Below, one piece after another: positions 52,506-63,143 of a stretch of DNA of 64,000 nt. Each line of letters opens with the position of its first letter. Positions within the stretch are counted from its first letter, which is position 1. The translations under genes were made by a program, and so were the position numbers. Origin of the DNA: an uncultured cyanobacterium (GTDB taxonomy: Bacteria; Cyanobacteriota; Cyanobacteriia; Cyanobacteriales; CAWCAG01); assembly GCA_963793425.1 (NCBI GenBank), contig CAWCAG010000005.1, positions 640,001 to 704,000 of the forward strand. Reading direction: 5' to 3'. The notes under the pieces were generated by a model. The model worked only from the letters and a program-made list of their open reading frames with translations, ran no database searches and was not told the DNA's origin.

Positions 52506-53834
52506 TCAACTCAGCTTAGTAATTAATTCTGCAATACCGTTAACCGGTAGTATTTTAACAGCTAATTTTGTTTGTAATTCTTCTACAGTTAAATCATCAA
52601 GAAAGCAAGTATCGCCATGTTTTAGCATTACTGAAGGTAACAAAATCGCCTCGCCTAAATCTTTTCCTTGTAAATTTTTCAGCAAATCCTCTCCGGTAAG
52701 CAAACCCGTTACAGTTATTTCTTGCCCCCAATATTCACTATTGATTGCAGCAAGATTAACTTGTAGTCCTGCTACTTCATTTAACTGTTCAACTAAAGGT
52801 TGAAACGCTTTTTCAACCGCATTACCCACCACCCAAGTAAATTGTTTTGGTTCCGTTAATTTAGTTGGTAACATCTCCTTGGCAGTGGTTTGAAATTCCT
52901 GGAGAAATTTACGGATAGAACCCACACCATTACCGATTTGAGGATAAGATTCGTAATGGGAAGTGGAAGGGAGTTGTTGTTGGGCGATTAAAAACCATTC
53001 ATCCGCTAACCAAGCGAAATTTGTCCCTAACTGACTGCGAAACTTAGCTTGTAAAAGCTGTACTTGCTGAATTACTTCTGTTGCTTTGTGGCGACTTACT
53101 GGGGTTAATTCTGTTAAATTGGGGCGGAAACGAGTTAAACCTACAGGTACAACGGCAGCAGAAGCGACAGTAGGGATTTCTCCTTGATGGAAAGAAGCTA
53201 AATCTAATAGGGTTTTTTCTAAATGAATACTATCATTAATGCCTGGGCAAACAACTACTTGGGCATGGATTTGTAAACGTCTTTCTTGAAACCAAGCTAA
53301 TTGTGCTTTAATTTGCCCTGCACGGGGATTTTTAAGTAGGTTGATGCGTATTTCTGGTTCGGTGGCGTGAACAGAAACATAAAGGGGAGAGAGACGCATG
53401 GCTTCAATGCGTTGCCATTCTTTATCGCTTAAGTTAGTTAAGGTTAAATAGCTGCCATAAAGAAAGCTGAGGCGATAGTCATCATCCTTAAGATACAAGC
53501 TATCTCGCTTACCCGGTGGTTGCTGATCAATAAAGCAGAAAGGACAGCGATTATTACACTGAATTAAACCATCAAAAAGAGCAGTTTCAAATTCTAAGCC
53601 CAAATCGTCGTCATAGTCTTTTTCAATTTCAACTTGATGAAGTTTGCCTACACTATCAATAACTTCTAATTCCAATACTTCATCGGCACATAAAAACTGA
53701 TAATCAATTAAGTCGCGAGGACGAGTACCGTTTATAGCTATTAAAGCATCCCCAGCTTCAAAACCAATTTCTGCGGCAATAGAATTTGGTGAAACATTGG
53801 TGATTTTAGCGGGATTAAGGGAAGCTTGACTCAT
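52506..53834 (-). CDS. TIGR03279-type radical-SAM-like protein (PDZ + DUF512)
   Basis: PDZ-like N-terminus, CNNRCPFC, KDDDYRLSFLYG, NGVG. Confidence 0.9.
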   Translation of the reverse strand: MSQASLNPAKITNVSPNSIAAEIGFEAGDALIAINGTRPRDLIDYQFLCADEVLELEVIDSVGKLHQVEIEKDYDDDLGLEFETALFDGLIQCNNRCPFCFIDQQPPGKRDSLYLKDDDYRLSFLYGSYLTLTNLSDKEWQRIEAMRLSPLYVSVHATEPEIRINLLKNPRAGQIKAQLAWFQERRLQIHAQVVVCPGINDSIHLEKTLLDLASFHQGEIPTVASAAVVPVGLTRFRPNLTELTPVSRHKATEVIQQVQLLQAKFRSQLGTNFAWLADEWFLIAQQQLPSTSHYESYPQIGNGVGSIRKFLQEFQTTAKEMLPTKLTEPKQFTWVVGNAVEKAFQPLVEQLNEVAGLQVNLAAINSEYWGQEITVTGLLTGEDLLKNLQGKDLGEAILLPSVMLKHGDTCFLDDLTVEELQTKLAVKILPVNGIAELITKLS

Positions 53835-53958
53835 AACTTTTGATTTTAGCGATTCCATCTTAATTTTAGCTAATTCAATCCTCAAGACAGAAAACTTTCC
53901 GGAAACACAACTTAGCCACCGAAAATAAATAGCTTAGGCTAATTTTTCGCTTCTTTGT

Positions 53959-55032
53959 GTGATGGAGAATAATAAAATAGTAAATGCGATCGCTAATGGT
54001 CAGTATAAGCCAGAGTCTTTATCTGTACTCAAATCCTATGCCCAGGAAGATCCGAACTTTGAGGTAAGGCATTCTGCCATTAAAAAGATTGCTCAACATT
54101 ATCACGATGAGCCGCAAACTTTGCCTTGGTTGAAATCTTTAACTAATTCTCAAGGCTACGAGGATATTCGAGAAGCGGCGGTTGAAGCGATCGCGGCTTA
54201 CTATCAAGATGAGCCAGATACTTTATCTTGGCTAAAATCTTTACTGGTTGGGCAAGGGGACATTGATCCTCATTTGCAAGCCCAAGCTATTTGTACTATT
54301 GCTACTTACTATAAAAATGAACCAGATACTTTAGCTTGGTTAAAAGCCTGCACGGAAATTGAAGAAGACGATGGTATGTTGGTACGACAAGCAGCTATTA
54401 GTAGTATTGCTGATTGTTATCGAGATGATTCAGATACTTTGCCTTGGTTGAAATCCTGTGTTGCTGCTGATGCTTTTTGGGGTGTGAACGAAGCTGCTAT
54501 TTTTTCTTTGGTAATTAATTATCAAGAAGATGCCGCTACTTTAGCTTGGCTGAAAAATAAGGTATTATCTCACCCAAGCTCTGAGATTAGGAAGTATGGT
54601 GTCATGGCGATTGCTGAATACTATAGTCAATTGCCAGAAATTTTACCTCTGTTGAAAAACTGTTTTTGGGCGGAAACGGAAGCAGATACTCAGGTTATCA
54701 TTATCCAAGTTTTGGCTGAAGGTTGGGGAAAAGAAGAGGGAATGCAAGAATTTTTCTCTCACTGTGCTACTCTACCTCACCATGGCATGAAACAAGAAGA
54801 TAAAGGCTATGAAGATACAGAAGAAGAAGAAGATTCTTTTGCAGAACTTTTAGCGAATTCTATAGCAGGGATGTTTATCAAAAATCCCCGGCAAGCAGCC
54901 CTTGAAGCCCTTTTTAAGTATTATCCTTCTCATCCGCAAACTCTAGAAGTGTTTCAAAATCGGGCTGAAAATGATTCTGATAAAAATGTACGCCAGTTTG
55001 CTTTAGAAAAGTTGCCAAACTTTAAGGATTGA
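53959..55032 (+). CDS. HEAT-repeat protein
   Basis: 34-36-aa repeats D(E/D)xxTLxWLK...VRxAA; C-terminal NPRQAAL..YP.HPQTL..RAEND. Confidence 0.85.
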   Translation: MMENNKIVNAIANGQYKPESLSVLKSYAQEDPNFEVRHSAIKKIAQHYHDEPQTLPWLKSLTNSQGYEDIREAAVEAIAAYYQDEPDTLSWLKSLLVGQGDIDPHLQAQAICTIATYYKNEPDTLAWLKACTEIEEDDGMLVRQAAISSIADCYRDDSDTLPWLKSCVAADAFWGVNEAAIFSLVINYQEDAATLAWLKNKVLSHPSSEIRKYGVMAIAEYYSQLPEILPLLKNCFWAETEADTQVIIIQVLAEGWGKEEGMQEFFSHCATLPHHGMKQEDKGYEDTEEEEDSFAELLANSIAGMFIKNPRQAALEALFKYYPSHPQTLEVFQNRAENDSDKNVRQFALEKLPNFKD

Positions 55033-55609
55033 CTTCTTTAGTTGACCAATTGCCATTTTCTTGTAGAGCGTATAAATAGCGATCTTGCGGTTCTCCTTTT
55101 AATTGCAAAATATCAACTAACTCTGGTTCTAAAAGTAGTAAAATAAAGTTATCTACAGGTTGATTGCTGTTCAGACAATCCGCAGTAAAATCCTCTTTAT
55201 CTTGATATCTCTCTTTTTTGGGATGAGGCCAAAAAAATTGTAATCTTGCACCATCAGAAAGATTTTGCCAAGCAGTTTGACGGGCATTTTGCAAACTTAG
55301 GTGGTGTTTATCTACCACAACCAACTGACCAGATAAGCGAAATTGTTCTCTGGTTTTGGGGAAATACCAACAAATTTCTCCCCAGGGTTTATGTTGGATA
55401 TGTTCGATTTTTTCGCTACGGGAATCAGTGACTATTTGTATTTGATTTGTCTGATTGAAAAAGCCTCTAAAAACCACAGTTCGGTTAGTAGGACGACCAT
55501 TTTTATTGACTGTTGCTAACTGGAAGTAACGGGAATTTGCTAAAGAGCGATTGTGATGAAGGGCGCGGGAAAGTTGCGATCGCCAAGGGGCTAGGGAGTT
55601 GTTGTGCAT
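55022..55609 (-). CDS. FMN-dependent PPOX-type flavoprotein (Npun_F5749-like)
   Basis: LAPWRS, YFQLATV, NRTVVFRGF, TDSRSEK, CWYF..TREQFR. Confidence 0.88.
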   Translation of the reverse strand: MHNNSLAPWRSQLSRALHHNRSLANSRYFQLATVNKNGRPTNRTVVFRGFFNQTNQIQIVTDSRSEKIEHIQHKPWGEICWYFPKTREQFRLSGQLVVVDKHHLSLQNARQTAWQNLSDGARLQFFWPHPKKERYQDKEDFTADCLNSNQPVDNFILLLLEPELVDILQLKGEPQDRYLYALQENGNWSTKEVNP

Positions 55610-55612
55610 TTG

Positions 55613-55660
55613 GGTTGGGAGCTGGGGAGATGGGGAGCTGGGGAGCTGGGGATATGGAGA
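55613..55660. repeat. 8-mer tandem repeat (GCTGGGGA)n
   Basis: About 6 degenerate units between the PPOX and GDPD genes. Confidence 0.75.
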
Positions 55661-55675
55661 GAAAACTATTAGCAA

Positions 55676-56380
55676 CTAGCCATTAGCTATTAGCCATTTT
55701 AAAAGCTTAGGCTTGTTGGTGATAATATTATCAACACCTAGTTTAATCATTTTTTGCATATCCGCTTCAGCATCAACAGTCCAGACATGAACTTCTTTCT
55801 TGAGATGGTGAGCTTTTTGTACAAAGTCGCGGGAAACTATAGCAGAATGAACAGAAAAAATTTCTACTGGTAATGCCAAAATATCATCTTTTAGTTCTTT
55901 AATAATTATCCCCCTAGAAATTGTTTCATCTAAGTTTTTGACTTGCTCGATTGTGGCAGAATCAAAAGACGTAACTGCACATTGCTCAATGAAGCTGCTT
56001 TTTTGCAAAACCTGCACAACTCTATAAGCAAGACTTTGTTGATGCCCATTTAGTTTCAGTTCAATATTTAATTTGATTTTATTCCTGGCAACTTCAATCA
56101 CCTCTTTTAACTTCGGTACTTTCTCTCCTAAAAACTGTGGGGCAAACCAGTTTCCTGCATCTAATTTCTCTAGTTCATGATAAGAGATTTCCCAAATATT
56201 TCTCTCAACCCCAGTAACCCTTTGTAAATTGCCATCATGGAAAACGACTAATTCCCCATCTTTAGTTTCTTGAACATCAATTTCCGCCCAGTCTGCCCTC
56301 TCTCCGATAGCAGATTTGATAGCGCTAATAGTATTCTCAGGGGTGGAATCAGAATTACCCCTGTGGGCAGTAATTTTCAT
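55676..56380 (-). CDS. Glycerophosphodiester phosphodiesterase
   Basis: AHRG...PENT, EIDVQ..DG..VVFHD, NIELK, WTVD, GVDNIITN. Confidence 0.93.
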   Translation of the reverse strand: MKITAHRGNSDSTPENTISAIKSAIGERADWAEIDVQETKDGELVVFHDGNLQRVTGVERNIWEISYHELEKLDAGNWFAPQFLGEKVPKLKEVIEVARNKIKLNIELKLNGHQQSLAYRVVQVLQKSSFIEQCAVTSFDSATIEQVKNLDETISRGIIIKELKDDILALPVEIFSVHSAIVSRDFVQKAHHLKKEVHVWTVDAEADMQKMIKLGVDNIITNKPKLLKWLIANG

Positions 56381-56529
56381 ATGAGAAATTGGGTATACTG
56401 TGTTGTTGGTAAGTGAAAGATAATACCAAATAAAACCTCTGAAGAAAATAAAACAATAGTGGTAATCTACTTGCTGACTAACTTATAATTTACGAGTTGA
56501 CTTTTAACGTTTTTTGTGTGTAGGAAAAA

Positions 56530-56874
56530 ATGAAAATCTCGAATCTTTTTTTAGTAACAGCTTTAGCTACCAGTTCAATGTCGATTGCCTTTGCTCAGGC
56601 ATCCTTTGCCCAAGATGACATTCTTACTAATGATGTAGTAGAAGAAATAGTTGATGATTGTACTGATATGTATTGGCCTTCAGATCCTGCTAAGTATCAA
56701 GGTTGCATACTCCAAAAAGAAGCTGACCTACTTGATGATAATAATGTAGAATTACCTAGACCATCAGGTAGTTCAGCCCCAGAAATGTTTAGCCCAGAAA
56801 GTAGCCCTTCTCCAGAAATGATGGAAGAAGAAATGACCCCAGATACGAATAATACGGTTCCCCCGATGAACTAA
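56530..56874 (+). CDS. Exported acidic hypothetical protein
   Basis: Signal peptide ending ASFA, two Cys, Pro/Glu-rich tail. Confidence 0.7.
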   Translation: MKISNLFLVTALATSSMSIAFAQASFAQDDILTNDVVEEIVDDCTDMYWPSDPAKYQGCILQKEADLLDDNNVELPRPSGSSAPEMFSPESSPSPEMMEEEMTPDTNNTVPPMN

Positions 56875-56968
56875 ATTAAGCATCCACGTAGTTATTTGGA
56901 GGGTGCATCCCTAAAAACTCAGATATCGGGCCGGCAAGGAAACTAGCTTCCTTGCCTAATTTAAGCCT

Positions 56969-57316
56969 CTAACGGCAGCCCCACCTACGATTGCGACTAA
57001 TCAGTACATTCCTGGTTTGAGGGCCAGCTACCCCATCAGCCACCAAACCATTATCCCTTTGGAATGCTTTAACAGCCCTTTGAGTAACTGGGCCAAACCA
57101 ACTGTCGTTACCAACACGGTAATAACCCGCACAACGCAATTCTTCAATAAAATCATAGACAAGAGGCCCCCGATCACCGTAACGGAAGCAATAGCTACCT
57201 GCATTAGCCCCACCCTGACAGCGGCTGTAACCAGCTTGGGCTGGTTCTGCAATAATAGTAAGTCCGCTACAAACTACAGCTAAAGCTATAGCTGTACTAA
57301 AAAGAGATTTTTTCAT
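56969..57316 (-). CDS. Exported peptidoglycan-binding domain protein
   Basis: Signal peptide; PG_binding_1 signature FGPVTQRAVKAFQRDNGLVADGVAGPQT. Confidence 0.88.
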   Translation of the reverse strand: MKKSLFSTAIALAVVCSGLTIIAEPAQAGYSRCQGGANAGSYCFRYGDRGPLVYDFIEELRCAGYYRVGNDSWFGPVTQRAVKAFQRDNGLVADGVAGPQTRNVLISRNRRWGCR

Positions 57317-57560
57317 GGCTTGTTATTCCTTAAACTTAAGTTTTTGGTCAACCTGGATAAGCCTAAGTAGTAATTCTTGAATAACTTAGAGATATCTAAA
57401 AATTATAAGGGACTATACTTAGTAAGCCTAGATGATATTACACTTCTTTTTATCTCTGATTTAAGAAAAATCATTTAGCAGATAGGCATCAACTATTCAC
57501 AACAAAAACCAATAATTTCGCTAGGATCTTATTCTAGAGATTGAATCTGCTGAAACTGCC

Positions 57561-59441
57561 GTGACTGCATCAACAAAACCAACTCCTTTACTTAAAGATC
57601 CTGAACGCTTAGAAACTCGCCTTAAAGAAATACCTGGTGAACCGGGAGTTTATTTAATGGGAGATCAAAGTGGGAATATTCTTTATATTGGTAAATCGAA
57701 AAAGTTGCGATCGCGGGTTCGTTCCTATTTTCGTGCTTCCCAAAATTTAAGTGAGCGCATTGCTATGATGGTGCGTCAGGTGGCCGATATTGAGTTTATT
57801 GTCACCGATACCGAAGCAGAAGCCCTGGCCCTTGAAGCAAACTTAGTTAAGCAACACCAACCTTACTTCAACGTATTGCTGAAAGATGATAAGAAATATC
57901 CTTATGTTTGTATTACTTGGTCAGAGGATTATCCCCGCATCTTTATTACTCGTAAACGGAGGAAAGGTAAAGAACAAGATCGTTACTATGGCCCCTATGT
58001 TGATACTCGCCTGCTACGCTATACCCTCCATGTCGTCAAAAAAACCTTTCCTTTGCGCCAGCGTCGCCGTCCTTTATTTAAAGATCGTCCTTGCCTTAAC
58101 TACGACTTAGGTAAATGTCCGGGGGTTTGTCAGTCCTTAATTACTCCGGAAGATTATCACAAAATTGTTCAGAAAGTAGCGATGGTATTTCAAGGGCGTA
58201 CAGGAGAATTACTTGATATCCTCAACTCGCAAATGGCAAGGGCCGCAGAAGATTTGAACTTTGAACAAGCCGCATTAATCCGTGATCGCATTAATGCCCT
58301 CCACAGTCTCCATGCAGGGCAAAAAGTTTCCCTCCCTGATGATACAGTTTCCCGCGATGCCATTGCCTTAGCAGCAGATGCAGAACGTGCTTGCATTCAG
58401 CTTTTCCAAGTTCGTGCCGGTCGCTTGGTGGGTCGTTTAGGCTTTTTTGCTGAAGCTGAATCGGGAAGCCCTGGGGCGATTTTACAGCGGGTTTTGGAAG
58501 AACATTACAATAATGTTGAAGATGTGGAAATTCCCACCGACATTTTAATACAACATGAACTGCCCCATCCTGAAATGCTTGGCCAATGGTTAAGCGATCG
58601 CAAGGGTAAAAAAGTTAACTTCACCGTCCCCCAACGCCAAACCAAAGCCGAATTAATTGAGATGGTGGAACGCAATGCCAAATATGAATTAGCTAGTGTG
58701 CAACGCTTTGCTAGCCGCAACAGCCAAGCGATGGAAGATTTAGCCGAGATTCTTGACTTACCGGAATTACCGAAACGGATTGAAGGTTACGACATTTCCC
58801 ATATTCAGGGTTCCAATGCCGTAGCTTCCCAAGTCGTTTTTATTGATGGTGTACCCGCCAAGCAACATTATCGCCACTATAAAATTAAAAACCCCGAAGT
58901 TAAAATCGGTCACTCCGACGACTTTGCGAGTATGGCGGAGGTGATTCGTCGTCGCTTTCGTAAGTATCAAGATATTAAAAGAGAAAACTTGGTACAAGAT
59001 GCTGATTTTCCTGACTTAATTATGATTGATGGGGGCAAAGGTCAACTTTCTGCGGTTGTTGCAGTGTTGCAAGAAATGAACCTTTTAGAAGAAGTCCGGG
59101 TGATTAGTTTAGCGAAACAAAAAGAAGAAATCTTTCTCCCCGGCGAATCTTTATCCTTACCAACAGAAAAAGAACAACCGGGAGTGCAATTATTACGCCG
59201 CCTGCGGGATGAGGCACACCGTTTTGCGGTTAGCTTCCATCGTCAACAAAGAAGCAGCAAACTGAAGCGATCACGTTTAGATGATATTCCTGGTTTGGGT
59301 TTCGAGCGTCAAAAACTACTTTTGGCTCATTTCCATTCCTTAGATTATATTCGCCTCGCCACCCCAGAAAAGTTACAAGAAGTATCAGGAATTGGCCCTC
59401 GGTTAGCAACAGAGATTTATGATTATCTTCATCCTAGTTAA
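57561..59441 (+). CDS. uvrC: Excinuclease ABC subunit C
   Basis: GIY-YIG (PGVY..LYIGKS), [24 protein letters not shown], HhH. Confidence 0.98.
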   Translation: MTASTKPTPLLKDPERLETRLKEIPGEPGVYLMGDQSGNILYIGKSKKLRSRVRSYFRASQNLSERIAMMVRQVADIEFIVTDTEAEALALEANLVKQHQPYFNVLLKDDKKYPYVCITWSEDYPRIFITRKRRKGKEQDRYYGPYVDTRLLRYTLHVVKKTFPLRQRRRPLFKDRPCLNYDLGKCPGVCQSLITPEDYHKIVQKVAMVFQGRTGELLDILNSQMARAAEDLNFEQAALIRDRINALHSLHAGQKVSLPDDTVSRDAIALAADAERACIQLFQVRAGRLVGRLGFFAEAESGSPGAILQRVLEEHYNNVEDVEIPTDILIQHELPHPEMLGQWLSDRKGKKVNFTVPQRQTKAELIEMVERNAKYELASVQRFASRNSQAMEDLAEILDLPELPKRIEGYDISHIQGSNAVASQVVFIDGVPAKQHYRHYKIKNPEVKIGHSDDFASMAEVIRRRFRKYQDIKRENLVQDADFPDLIMIDGGKGQLSAVVAVLQEMNLLEEVRVISLAKQKEEIFLPGESLSLPTEKEQPGVQLLRRLRDEAHRFAVSFHRQQRSSKLKRSRLDDIPGLGFERQKLLLAHFHSLDYIRLATPEKLQEVSGIGPRLATEIYDYLHPS

Positions 59442-59459
59442 AGCAGCTTTTAAAGCAAA

Positions 59460-59788
59460 CAGGACTTACGCAGTGAGAAAAAATCATAACGGCTGAAAGG
59501 GTTGTAAATTAACAAAGACAAGGAAAATAGTAATCAAAGGGTAACAAGCAAAAATTTTTGTCAATGCTAAGGTGAAGCAATTGACAGGTATTGAATCTTG
59601 TCAGTGTCGTCAAGCAAGGATTCAAAGAAACCATATTAATTGCGCTATTTTAGTTTGGCTCAGACTCAAACAAGTTGCCTATGATACGGGTAAAACTGTT
59701 TACCAGCATTTTGCATGAATTGCTTTCTAGCTATCTTATTGCTCAATTAAAATCACCTTCTATTTCTATGTCTTTTGCGTAAGTCCTG
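59460..59788 (+). mobile_element. Internally deleted non-autonomous IS (IS701-like), 329 bp
   Basis: Perfect 13-bp TIRs CAGGACTTACGCA (59460-72) / TGCGTAAGTCCTG (59776-88); GCAAA direct repeat at 59455-59 and 59789-93; transposase C-terminal remnant 59572-59782 (KQLTGIESCQCRQARIQRNHI). Confidence 0.9.
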
Positions 59789-59801
59789 GCAAAGTAAGTA
59801 A

Positions 59802-62800
59802 CAAGTTCAAGTAGAGTATGGGGTGAATTTTGGGCGGGAGGTGAAACGGGCGGATATTGTCGTGATGGATAAAGATCGCCCTAACACAGTATATATGTTG
59901 GTGGAGGTGAAGAAGCCGAAGCTAAAAGATGGGAAAAATCAACTTCGTTCTTACTGTAACGCAACAGGAGCGCCTATTGCAGTTTGGACAAATGGGGAGC
60001 AAATTTCTTATTATCAGCGTAAAGATCCTAACTATTTTGAAGATATCTCTGGTTTGCCGAATGTTAATCAAACCTTGGCAGATATTCTACAAATTAAATT
60101 TACCCTGGAAGACTTAATCGCTAATGACAAGTTAGTAAAGGAAAATAAGTCTCTCAAAACCTTAATTGAAGAGATGGAAGATGAGGTTTTGGCTAATGCT
60201 GGGGTTGATGTATTTGAGGAGTTGTTTAAGCTGATTTTTACTAAGCTTTATGATGAATGGTATTCCGGGCAGGGTAGTCGGCGTAGTAAACGATCTTTGG
60301 AGTTTCGTAATACAGGGCAGACAGAAGCTGTTTTAAGGAAGAAGATTCAAGAGTTGTTTGATAAGGCAAAGAAAAAGTGGGAGGGAGTGTTTAGTGAAGA
60401 TGCTAAGATTCGCCTCACACCGTCTCATTTATCGGTTTGTGTGTCTTCGTTGGAAAATGTGAAGTTGTTTAACTCCAACCTAGATATTATCGATGAAGCT
60501 TTTGAGTATTTGATTAACCAAAGTAGCAAGGGGGAAAAGGGACAGTTTTTTACTCCCCGTTATGTGATTGATATGTGTGTGAAAATGCTTAATCCTCAAG
60601 AGGATGAGTATATGATTGACACAGCAGCTGGATCATCGGGTTTTCCGGTGCATACAATTTTTCATGTTTGGCGAGAGATATTAGCTGATGAGGGGTTGCA
60701 AGCAAGTCATTTGTTTTCCTTAGAAGATAAGCCGCCACGGTGTAAGGAGTATGTGGAAGAGAAGGTTTTTGCTATTGATTTTGATGAAAAGGCGGTACGG
60801 GTGGCACGTACCCTCAATCTGATTGCTGGGGATGGACAAACTAATGTTTTGCACCTCAACACTTTGGATTATGAATTGTGGGATGAGGTGACGGAGCAAG
60901 AGGAATGGCAGGATACTTACTATACTGGCTTCAAACGGTTAAGGAAGCTACGACCGAAGGGTAGTAAGGATTATCGGGAGTTTCAGTTTGATGTGTTGAT
61001 GGCGAATCCGCCCTTTGCTGGAGATATCAAGGAACACCGGATGATTGCCCGTTATGATTTAGCAAAGAAGCCTAATGGTAAATGGAAAAATAAGGTTGGG
61101 CGGGATATTTTGTTTATTGAACGCAACCTAGACTTTTTGAAACCGGGGGGCAGAATGGCGATTGTTTTGCCCCAAGGTAGGTTTAATAACTCTTCGGATC
61201 AGAATATTCGCGAATTTATCGGGGAACGTTGCCGTATTTTAGCGGTGGTGGGGTTGCATGGCAATACTTTTAAACCCCATACGGGAACAAAGACTTCGGT
61301 TTTGTTTGTGCAGAAGTGGAATGATGACCCCGGAGTAGGAGCGTTTTGTCCCCGTGAGGATGATTACAATATCTTTTTTGCGACGATGCAAAAGAGTGGT
61401 AAGGATAATTCTGGTGATAAGATTTATCGCCGCATTGTACCGCAGGAGGAAGAAGGTTTACCGGAGAAGGAAAAGGAAAAGCAGTTTTTACTTGATCCTC
61501 ATGATCATTTGATTGTAGATCATGATTTGTATAGCCATGAAGGGTTGACAGAAGAGGGTATTGCTGAGGCGTTTATTGAGTTTGCGAAGAAGGAGAGTTT
61601 AAGTTTTTTTGAACAAAGCCTATCTGTTAAGCCGTTTGATGTTGTTAGGTATGAACGGTTAATGGATGGGCTTGAAGCGGTTGAATTGAGTTTGAGTGAA
61701 GTTTTAAGAAATAAAGATTTTAGAATTGATAGTGAGTTTCATCGAAAATCACCCATTCAAAATCCAAACTACAGTTATGTTGATATCGGTGATAACTTAA
61801 CTTTCATTCAATACGGAATTTCAATAGAGATGAATGAAGAAGGTGAAGGCACAAAAATATACAGAATGAATGAGATTCACAATATGTTCTGTGATATAGA
61901 GGTTTCAAAGTTTGCAAACATTTCTTCTGTAGATATAGAAGTTTTCAAAATCAAAGATAGAGATATTTTATTTAATAGAACAAATTCTTTTGAATTCGTT
62001 GGTAGAACAGGCATATTTAGAAGTTTTTCAGATGAAGATTTAGTTTTCGCATCTTATCTCATAAGATTAAGAAGCAACGAATCAAAGATTTTGCCTGAAT
62101 ATTTAGTTACATTCTTAAATTCTAGTTTAGGAATTTGGGACATAAAAAGAAGAGCCAGAATTTCAATTAACCAATCAAATGTCAATGCTCAGGAATTAGC
62201 CGCAGTTAAAATTCCTCTATTAAACTTAGTATTTCAGTTAAGGATTAAGAAACTATTTGAAGAATCACATCACAATAAATTGAAAGCAATTAATTACTAT
62301 CAACAAGCTGAAGATTTACTATTATCAGAACTCAACTTAAAAGACTGGCAACCTACAGAAGAAACCATTGCTGTTAAGAGTTTTTCTGAATCTTTTCTAT
62401 CCTCTGGTCGCCTCGACGCTGAATATTATCAACCGAAGTATGATCAACTAATTGAACGACTTGAGCAAAAAGTTCAACTTGCTTTTCTTGGTGATTTACT
62501 TACAGTTAATCAAAAGGGTCGACAACCTAATTATATTGAAGAAAACCGAAGATTTACTTAACTGTTTACCTGTTGTTAATTCTAAACACGTTCGAGCAGG
62601 CGAAGTAATTTTATCAGATAATCGTTATGCATATTTTCCAGAAAATGATAATCTTCTTAGTAATTCAAAAAGATGATATTCTTTTCAATGGTACAGGTGT
62701 TGGTACAGTTGGAAGATGTGCGCCATATTTTTATGAACAAGAAGCTTTACCAGACACAGAAGTTACAGTTCTTGAGAAGTGAATTCACTTGATCCAGTTT

Positions 62801-63106
62801 ACTTATCAATTTATCTCAACAGTATTTCAGGGCAATTACAAGTTCAAAAACATTTGCAAAGGTTCATCAGGAAATATTAGAGTTTATCCTAGTGACATTA
62901 CTCAATTTCTCATCTGGAATGCCCCTAACTCTGTTCAGCAAAAAATCAGAAACAAAGTTGAAGTCTCTCATCAAAAAAGAGAACAATCAAAACAACTACT
63001 AGAAATTGCTAAAACAGGAGTAGAAAAAGCCATTGAAACTGATGAAAGCATAGCTACAACTTGGATAAATCAACAACTTACAGCCCTGGGGATAGAATTG
63101 CCATAA
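59802..63106 (+). pseudogene. Fused restriction-modification enzyme (HsdR_N-like nuclease + N6-adenine MTase + two TRDs), apparently 5'-truncated and frameshifted
   Basis: RADIVV..LVEVKK, GQFFTPR, DTAAGSSGF, MANPPF; TRD1 about 61.7-62.3 kb; TRD2 spread over several frames 62545-63106. Confidence 0.85.
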
Positions 63107-63143
63107 AAAAAAGAGAAGTTGTGCGATCGCAACTTAACTAAAA

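Noticed and set aside
54100..54560. Regularly spaced ~33-bp repeats as a possible CRISPR array
   Set aside because: In frame, degenerate at codon level, spacing in multiples of 3: HEAT coding repeats
55610..55675. N-terminal extension of the PPOX ORF (SPYPQLPSSPSPQLP)
   Set aside because: It is a translation of the 8-mer tandem repeat; the real start is probably ATG 55609
62789..63106. 105-aa ORF as an independent gene
   Set aside because: Its 3' part is the frameshifted end of the RM gene's TRD2 and terminal helix
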